The notes under the pieces were generated by a model, which saw only the letters and a program-made list of their open reading frames with translations, was not told the DNA's origin and searched no databases. Below are positions 7,392 through 12,828 of a DNA stretch of 12,828 bases, in pieces. The position numbers and the translations under genes were made by a program. Positions within the stretch are counted from its first letter, which is position 1. Each line of letters starts with the position of its first letter. The stretch is from Candidatus Krumholzibacteriia bacterium (GTDB lineage Bacteria; Krumholzibacteriota; Krumholzibacteriia; LZORAL124-64-63), in assembly GCA_036351155.1 (NCBI GenBank), contig JAZBOO010000363.1, positions 1-12,828 on the forward strand, read 5' to 3'.

Positions 7392-8492
7392 CTAGTAGGC
7401 ATACTTCAGTTCATGCTTCTTGTTCTTCCCCAAGGCTGGCGTTTCCACCGCTCGGTCATAGTACTCTGCCCATCGCGGCGGTAATTCAATGTGGCTGCGT
7501 AAGATACGCTGACTTAGAATTTCCTCAACTGACAGGGGACTTTCCGTCAACCCCTTCAACATCCCCGGTGTGGGGCTGCCTCTTTCTTTTTCGCGGAGAC
7601 CTTTCATGTAGTTCTTCCACACCAGGAAAACCACTAACCGCTCCGCACTCCCCTGCCGGCGCTTGGACCAGGCAATCGTTTCCCGCTTGTGATTTGAGCT
7701 GCTGTGACGAATCACAGCATCCATTATATTTATTTCCGACAATGAGTTATGTTGATTCCGGTACGCCGTTCCAGGAGTGATATCATGGGTGATCACGCAA
7801 TCAATCTGCTTGATGCTGCGCTTGTAGGCCGGATGGTCGTCACTGTAAACCACCGCTGACGATCGCCCCTTCAAGGTGACCTCGATCAGCTCCTTCATGT
7901 CCTTTTCGATCGCCTTGGGATCGGGCCGTCCCAGCTTCTTTTCTTGTTCCTCCCGTCGCCTCTTCTGGGTATCGGACATGGACCCCTTCCTGCGTAAAGG
8001 GCTGTCGGTAAAGTAAATAAAGAAACCGGTGCCTTTTTCGACAGCGAGATGGTGGTGGAAGGGAAAGTACTGGCTCCACTCGTAAGACTCGAAACCGTCG
8101 ACCACGATCATTCCGGGCGGCAAGAGGTTCTTCATCATTTGCCAGTGGAAAAGTATGGCGTGCCTGGCGAGGCGAGAGACCATCCTGTCCACCGTGGCCG
8201 GGGTGGCTTTCAAGTCTCTGGCAATTTGCCGGTTAGCCATGCAGCCACAAATCTTCATCCATACTTGAGGAAGCAAATCCGGCTGCTTGAGCCAGTAGGT
8301 CGTGCTGAAGGTCTGGGTGCTGAAGGAGCGCTTGCAGTGCTGGCAGGTAAACCGCTGGATACGGTGTGGGGCGGCATGACGCCGAAAGTAGCCAGCCCGT
8401 TTGAAGGTCCAACCTTCACTTAATGGATTATGGTACTTGCAGTTAGGGTTCGGACAGAAGGTCGGAACCCAGTTCCTCTTGGGGGCACTCAT
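7392..8492 (-). CDS. Transposase (Zn-ribbon + HTH + RNase H-like catalytic domain), IS1-like
   Basis: CPNPNC...RFTCQHCKRSFS Zn ribbon; ANRQIARDLKATPATVDR HTH; VVDGFE and YSDDHPAY acidic motifs; KRETIAWSK; NY...TPGMLKGL tail; enclosed by TIRs. Confidence 0.85.
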   Translation of the reverse strand: MSAPKRNWVPTFCPNPNCKYHNPLSEGWTFKRAGYFRRHAAPHRIQRFTCQHCKRSFSTQTFSTTYWLKQPDLLPQVWMKICGCMANRQIARDLKATPATVDRMVSRLARHAILFHWQMMKNLLPPGMIVVDGFESYEWSQYFPFHHHLAVEKGTGFFIYFTDSPLRRKGSMSDTQKRRREEQEKKLGRPDPKAIEKDMKELIEVTLKGRSSAVVYSDDHPAYKRSIKQIDCVITHDITPGTAYRNQHNSLSEINIMDAVIRHSSSNHKRETIAWSKRRQGSAERLVVFLVWKNYMKGLREKERGSPTPGMLKGLTESPLSVEEILSQRILRSHIELPPRWAEYYDRAVETPALGKNKKHELKYAY

Positions 8493-8504
8493 GCCCCCAA
8501 GAGG
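8475..8504 (-). promoter_or_regulatory. Perfect 13-bp hairpin enclosing the transposase start codon
   Basis: Minus strand CCTCTTGGGGGCA-TGAG-TGCCCCCAAGAGG; the ATG (8492-8490) spans the top of the stem and the loop. Confidence 0.75.
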
Positions 8505-8517
8505 CAGAAATCAGACC

Positions 8518-8540
8518 AGAAACATTCTTCGTGGCACGCC
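8518..8540 (-). repeat. IS terminal inverted repeat (upstream of the transposase)
   Basis: Reverse complement matches 7326-7348 at 20/23 positions, with the outer 11 bp perfect. Confidence 0.9.
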
Positions 8541-10579
8541 TAACGGAGGAGAAGAGGAGCGATCACCACGCTGATCACACTCATCAACTTGATCAGGATA
8601 TTCAAACTCGGCCCCGACGTATCCTTGAACGGATCCCCCACGGTGTCCCCCACCACGGCCGCCTTGTGCGCCTCGCTTCCCTTGCCCCCGAAGTGGCCCA
8701 CCTCGATATGCTTCTTGGCATTGTCCCACGCCCCACCGGCATTCGACTGGAACAGGGCCAGCAAAACACCCGTGGCCGTGACACCCGCCAGCAACCCACC
8801 CAGCATCTCCGGCCCACCCAGGAAGCCAACGGCCACCGGACTGAGGACCGCAATCAAACCGGGCACAATCATTTCCTTGATGGCCGCCGCCGTGGAAATA
8901 TCCACGCAGCGCCGGAAATCGGCCGTGGCATTGCCCTCCATCAGTCCGGGGATTTCCCGGAACTGACGGCGCACTTCTTCGATCATGGAGAAGGCGGCAC
9001 GCCCCACCGCGTCCATGGCGAAACTGCTGAACAGGAAGGGCAGCATGGACCCCAGCAGCAATCCCACCAGAACTTCGGGAACCATGATGTCGATGATGAA
9101 CTTTTCACCCACCGGCAATCCCGACTGGATGATGGTCTGGTAGGCACTGAACATGGCCAGGGCGGTCAGGGCGGCCGAGCCGATGGCAAAGCCCTTGCCG
9201 ATGGCCGCGGTGGTGTTGCCCACGGCGTCGAGCTTGTCGGTGCGCTCACGCACTTCCTTGCCCAGGCCGGCCATCTCACTGATGCCGCCGGCGTTGTCCG
9301 CGATGGGACCGTAGGCGTCCACCGCCAGCTGGATTCCCGTGGTCGAAAGCATACCCAGAGCCGCGATGGCAATGCCATAAAGCCCGGCAAACTTGTAAGC
9401 CATGAGGATCACAACACCCAGGACGATGATCGGCAAAGCCGTGCTCTGCATTCCCAGACCCAGACCCCCGATGATGTTGGTGGCCGCCCCGGTCTCACTG
9501 GCCTTGGCGATACGCTGGGCAGGGCCCTTGTCCTCGGCCGTGTAGTACTCGGTGATCACCCCGATGGAAATACCGCCGGCCAGACCCACCACTGTGGCGA
9601 TGAACACGCCCAGATAGACATCAGTCGGCAGCAGCTGCTGGATCACGAAGTAAGACGCCACCACCATGATGGCCCCGGCACCAAAAGTGCCAAGGTTCAG
9701 CGCGGACTGGGGGTTGCCCCCCTCCTTGGTCCTGACGAAGAAAGTCCCCAGAATGGACACCACGATGCCCACCGCCGCCAGCACCAGGGGCAAGAGCACC
9801 GCGTTGAGGTTGCCGGGCAGGAAGGCCACACCCAGGATCATCGAACCGACGATCGAGCCCACGTAGCTTTCGAACAGGTCGGCGCCCATGCCCGCCACGT
9901 CGCCCACGTTGTCGCCCACGTTGTCGGCGATGACGGCGGGGTTGCGCGGATCATCCTCGGGGATCCCGGCCTCGACCTTGCCCACCAGATCGGCGCCCAC
10001 ATCGGCCGCCTTGGTGTAGATCCCGCCACCCACACGGGCGAACAGGGCGATGGAACTGGCACCCAGCGAGAAACCGGAAATCACCTGCAGAATCCGGGTC
10101 ACGCCCCAGGTTTCGGCATAGAACTGGGTGTAGACGATGTATAAAACGCTCAGTCCGATCACGCCAAGTCCCACCACGACCATGCCCATGACGGCACCGC
10201 CGCTGAAGGCCACCGCCAGAGCCTTGTTCAGGCTGGTGCGGGCGGCGCTGGTGGTGCGGACATTGGCCAGGGTGGCGATCCGCATACCGAAGTAACCCGC
10301 CAGACCGGAGGCCACAGCGCCCAGGACGAAGGACACCCCGATCAACCAGTGGGAAGTTTCCACCTTGGCGTTACCCGCGGCCAAAAGAATGGCGACCACG
10401 ACCACGAAAATGCTGAGCACGCGATACTCGCGGCTGAGGAAGGCCATGGCGCCTTCCTGGATGTGACCGGCAATGGTCTGCATCTTCTCATCACCGGCAT
10501 CCTGTTTCTTGACCCAGGATGACTTGTACGCAGCAAAAAGCAACGCAAGTACACCGGCGGCAGGGATGAGATAAATCAC
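8540..10579 (-). CDS. hppA: Membrane-bound pyrophosphatase, K+-dependent, probably Na+-translocating
   Basis: [62 protein letters not shown] (Ala marks the K+-dependent type), GGAWDNAKK and [13 protein letters not shown] start with AGGAGG RBS. Confidence 0.96.
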   Translation of the reverse strand: MIYLIPAAGVLALLFAAYKSSWVKKQDAGDEKMQTIAGHIQEGAMAFLSREYRVLSIFVVVVAILLAAGNAKVETSHWLIGVSFVLGAVASGLAGYFGMRIATLANVRTTSAARTSLNKALAVAFSGGAVMGMVVVGLGVIGLSVLYIVYTQFYAETWGVTRILQVISGFSLGASSIALFARVGGGIYTKAADVGADLVGKVEAGIPEDDPRNPAVIADNVGDNVGDVAGMGADLFESYVGSIVGSMILGVAFLPGNLNAVLLPLVLAAVGIVVSILGTFFVRTKEGGNPQSALNLGTFGAGAIMVVASYFVIQQLLPTDVYLGVFIATVVGLAGGISIGVITEYYTAEDKGPAQRIAKASETGAATNIIGGLGLGMQSTALPIIVLGVVILMAYKFAGLYGIAIAALGMLSTTGIQLAVDAYGPIADNAGGISEMAGLGKEVRERTDKLDAVGNTTAAIGKGFAIGSAALTALAMFSAYQTIIQSGLPVGEKFIIDIMVPEVLVGLLLGSMLPFLFSSFAMDAVGRAAFSMIEEVRRQFREIPGLMEGNATADFRRCVDISTAAAIKEMIVPGLIAVLSPVAVGFLGGPEMLGGLLAGVTATGVLLALFQSNAGGAWDNAKKHIEVGHFGGKGSEAHKAAVVGDTVGDPFKDTSGPSLNILIKLMSVISVVIAPLLLR

Positions 10580-10718
10580 ACTGATCCTCCTGTGAGACGG
10601 CTTTTCAAACAGGCTCAGGCTCGGGGAACAGGGGGTTCCTCAGGGATTCCCGCGATCGTCACCTCGGGCCAAAGCTGCTTGAATCAGGACATTTGGGGTA
10701 TGGAAAACCCATGAAAGA

Positions 10719-10766
10719 GCAGACGCCCAGTTGAACGTTTTGATTCAACGCTCCACGGGCGTCTGC
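10719..10766 (-). other. Long stem-loop in the hppA upstream region (terminator or attenuator-like)
   Basis: 10-bp GCAGACGCCC/GGGCGTCTGC outer stem plus a 6-bp GTTGAA/TTCAAC inner stem, followed on the minus strand by TCTTTCAT. Confidence 0.6.
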
Positions 10767-10780
10767 CTGAAAGCCATGCA

Positions 10781-10809
10781 ATTGTACCAGAATTCAGGGT
10801 TTACCGCAA
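10781..10809 (-). promoter_or_regulatory. Putative sigma70-type promoter of hppA
   Basis: Minus strand TTGCGG-N17-TACAAT with an extended -10 TG. Confidence 0.6.
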
Positions 10810-10829
10810 CCCTGTTACTTTTGTCAGGA

Positions 10830-11615
10830 CTACTTGCCCTCGATCGAAACCAGTTCCACCTCGAAGCACAGGGTGGAATTGGCGGGAATCGAGGCACTGG
10901 CACGGGCCCCATATCCCATGGCCGGGGGAATGATCAAGGTGGCCTTGGTCCCCACCGTCATGCCCTCGAAAGCCACGTCCCAGCCCTGGATCACCTGGCC
11001 GGCGCCCAGCGCAAACTTGAAAGGGCGGTTCCGCTTGAAACTGGAATCAAATTCGCTGCCCTTGGCTCCATCTTCCCACAGCCAGCCCGTGTAGTGGACA
11101 TTGACCTGGTCGCCCAGTTCGGCCATGGGCCCGGAACCATTGACACGGTCCAGGATCTCGACCCTGGGAATGCTCACGATCTCGACATCGAACATCAGGG
11201 TCGCCGCAGGGGGGATCACAGGAGGCCGGCCGTTGGGACCGTAGGCCAGCTCATTCTCGATCTTCAGGGTTCGCTTGCCGCCGACCTTCATACCCACGAG
11301 ACCTTTTTCCCAGCCGGGGATCACAAAACTGCGGCCCAGGGGAAAGGCGATGGGCTCGCCGCGCTCCACGGAGCTGTCGAACTGGGTCGTCTTCGCCCCG
11401 TCCTCGAACAGCCAGCCGGTGTAATGAACTTCGACGAAGTCCGAGGCGCCAACCACATCACCGGATCCCAGGGTGGAATCCACATAGGTCAGGCCCGGAA
11501 CAATTTCCTGCCAGGTGGCGGCAGCCTGCTCGGCTTTCCCGGTTTCCTGGCAGCCGGTCAGGGCGAATGAGACGGTCATCAGAATGACAAATACGGTCAG
11601 GAGCATCTTGCGCAT
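10830..11615 (-). CDS. FKBP-type peptidyl-prolyl cis-trans isomerase with two tandem FKBP domains, predicted lipoprotein
   Basis: Signal peptide ending in the lipobox LTGC. Two copies of VHYTGWL.EDGAK..FDSS...F.LG...VI.GW...GM.VG...L.I...YG......IP...TL.F.VE; RBS GAGG. Confidence 0.93.
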   Translation of the reverse strand: MRKMLLTVFVILMTVSFALTGCQETGKAEQAAATWQEIVPGLTYVDSTLGSGDVVGASDFVEVHYTGWLFEDGAKTTQFDSSVERGEPIAFPLGRSFVIPGWEKGLVGMKVGGKRTLKIENELAYGPNGRPPVIPPAATLMFDVEIVSIPRVEILDRVNGSGPMAELGDQVNVHYTGWLWEDGAKGSEFDSSFKRNRPFKFALGAGQVIQGWDVAFEGMTVGTKATLIIPPAMGYGARASASIPANSTLCFEVELVSIEGK

Positions 11616-11685
11616 GAGTATCCTCTCTGCTGATTATCAGGTTTGGAGCCAGGGAAATGTCGCACGGCTCCCTGGAAATTTCAAA

Positions 11686-12828
11686 TCACGGAATCAGCCG
11701 GTGGGTTTCAACTTCCCTCTCCTGGGCCAGGGCCAGGGCACAGCCCAGGACAAAATAGAGCAGCATTTCCACTTCGTCATCGGTCTGGAAAACCTGGAAA
11801 AAGCCCGCCACGGTGATTCCCGCCTGGACGGCCAGGGCGCCTCGCAAAATCCCGGCGCTCTGCCCGCTGGTAGGCAAAGCCCGCCAGATCACCCTGCACA
11901 CCACAACGAGCAATAACACGGCAGCCACGATCCCCGGCAAGCCCGCGTTGACCCCGTGCATGAGCAGATCGTTGTGGGCGTGGCCGAAGGTTTCGAAATG
12001 GCCGGGGACCTGGTGATCAGCCAGGAGGGCCTCGAAATTACCCGGACCGAATCCCAGCACCGGATTGGCCAGGATACCGTCAAGGGAACTGTGCCAGAGA
12101 TTCAAGCGGGTCAGGTGCTTGCCCGGGTCGAAAATGTTCAGAAAATGAACCCGGCTCACAGGAATCGCCAGCAACACTGCCAGGAGCCCCAGCCAGGTTC
12201 CCAATCCGTACCAGCGGCGTCTGCCCGAATCCAGCCAGACCAGCACCAGAAGACCCGCCCAGACTCCCAGCCAGGCACTGCGGGCAAAGGTCAGCACCAG
12301 AGCTACCCCCAGCAGAAGGAGCGCCACCCCCGTCAAGACCCGAGGGATCGGCCCCTGCTTTCCCATCACCCACGCCCCGGCCAGCATGGCCATGATCAGC
12401 ACCTGTCCGGCATAGCTGAGGTGGTGACTGAAAAAGCCCGACACCGCCGCATGCCCAAACTGGGGGCGAAAAATACTGCGGCCGCGGATAGGATCTTCGC
12501 CCAGGAGGTACTGGACCACCGACATCACGGCGGCCAGCATGGCCATGAACAGCAGCACGGCCAGGACACGGCGGATCAAATCTTTTTGCCCACGGGCCAG
12601 AATGGGCACCGCCAGCAGAAGCAACTTGATCCAGGATTCTTCCGCCAGCTTCCCCCAGTGGTGAGGAAAAGGAGCACTGAACACCGTGGCCAGAAAATAG
12701 ACCAGGTACAGCGCTCCCAGAGCCCAGACCACAGAGGTGGGAAAGCCCGCGCCCAGGCCCCGTTCCCGCACAACCACCACCGCTCCGGCGATCAAACACA
12801 GTCCCGTGGCCATGGTGGCGGCGGACAC
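11686..12828 (-). CDS. O-antigen ligase (Wzy_C/WaaL-like) family membrane protein, 5' end outside the window
   Basis: Multi-TM protein with LTFARSAWLG, RLNLW, PVLGFGPGNF and HAHNDLL...GLPG motifs. Confidence 0.85.
   Translation of the reverse strand: MSAATMATGLCLIAGAVVVVRERGLGAGFPTSVVWALGALYLVYFLATVFSAPFPHHWGKLAEESWIKLLLLAVPILARGQKDLIRRVLAVLLFMAMLAAVMSVVQYLLGEDPIRGRSIFRPQFGHAAVSGFFSHHLSYAGQVLIMAMLAGAWVMGKQGPIPRVLTGVALLLLGVALVLTFARSAWLGVWAGLLVLVWLDSGRRRWYGLGTWLGLLAVLLAIPVSRVHFLNIFDPGKHLTRLNLWHSSLDGILANPVLGFGPGNFEALLADHQVPGHFETFGHAHNDLLMHGVNAGLPGIVAAVLLLVVVCRVIWRALPTSGQSAGILRGALAVQAGITVAGFFQVFQTDDEVEMLLYFVLGCALALAQEREVETHRLIP

Larger units (their letters stand above)
7326..8540 (-). mobile_element. 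Complete insertion sequence, 1215 bp, IS1/IS1595-related transposase
   Basis: 23-bp terminal inverted repeats (20/23 identical), TAA on both outer flanks, a single transposase ORF and visibly lower GC than the flanking genes. Confidence 0.88.

Noticed and set aside
7326..8540. IS200/IS605 or IS110-type RNA-guided or hairpin-dependent element
   Set aside because: There are no HUH, RuvC/TnpB or DEDD motifs, true TIRs are present, and the non-coding ends are only about 50-65 bp.
9894..9926. Short tandem repeat GCCCACGTTGTC in hppA
   Set aside because: It encodes the conserved DNVGDNVGD motif and is not a CRISPR array or independent repeat.
10659..10777. Leader peptides in the hppA upstream region (MAFRQTPVER, MGFPYPKCPDSSSFGPR)
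   Set aside because: Neither has an RBS, the first ATG is too close to the -10 element, and neither has an informative codon run.
11646..11675. Overlapping short inverted repeats between the ligase and FKBP genes
   Set aside because: The stems are only 6-7 bp with long loops and no U-tract, which is not enough support.

Overview
GC-rich bacterial window, mostly housekeeping and transport genes. In order: 3' end of a TAXI-type TRAP solute receptor and its fused 4TM/12TM permease (+), a bidirectional terminator, a POT/PTR-family MFS transporter and a MetA homoserine O-acyltransferase (-), an SRAP (YedK/HMCES-like) gene, an FSA-type aldolase and a YbaK/EbsC deacylase (+), an insertion sequence, then a K+-dependent (probably Na+-pumping) membrane pyrophosphatase, a tandem-FKBP lipoprotein and a partial O-antigen-ligase-family gene (-). 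The most notable element is a complete 1215-bp IS (7326-8540) with 23-bp terminal inverted repeats. It has only a 3-bp TAA duplication, perfect subterminal hairpins at both ends (one enclosing the transposase ATG), and an IS1-like Zn-finger/HTH transposase whose third catalytic position looks non-canonical. It sits exactly in the overlapping stop codons of two convergent genes and leaves both intact. Other leads are a beta-clamp-like QLNLF tail on the SRAP protein, an abrupt codon-usage break inside the TRAP permease, a structured hppA leader and a 17-bp motif shared by two transporter promoters. All family calls come from motif recognition, and no database searches were run.
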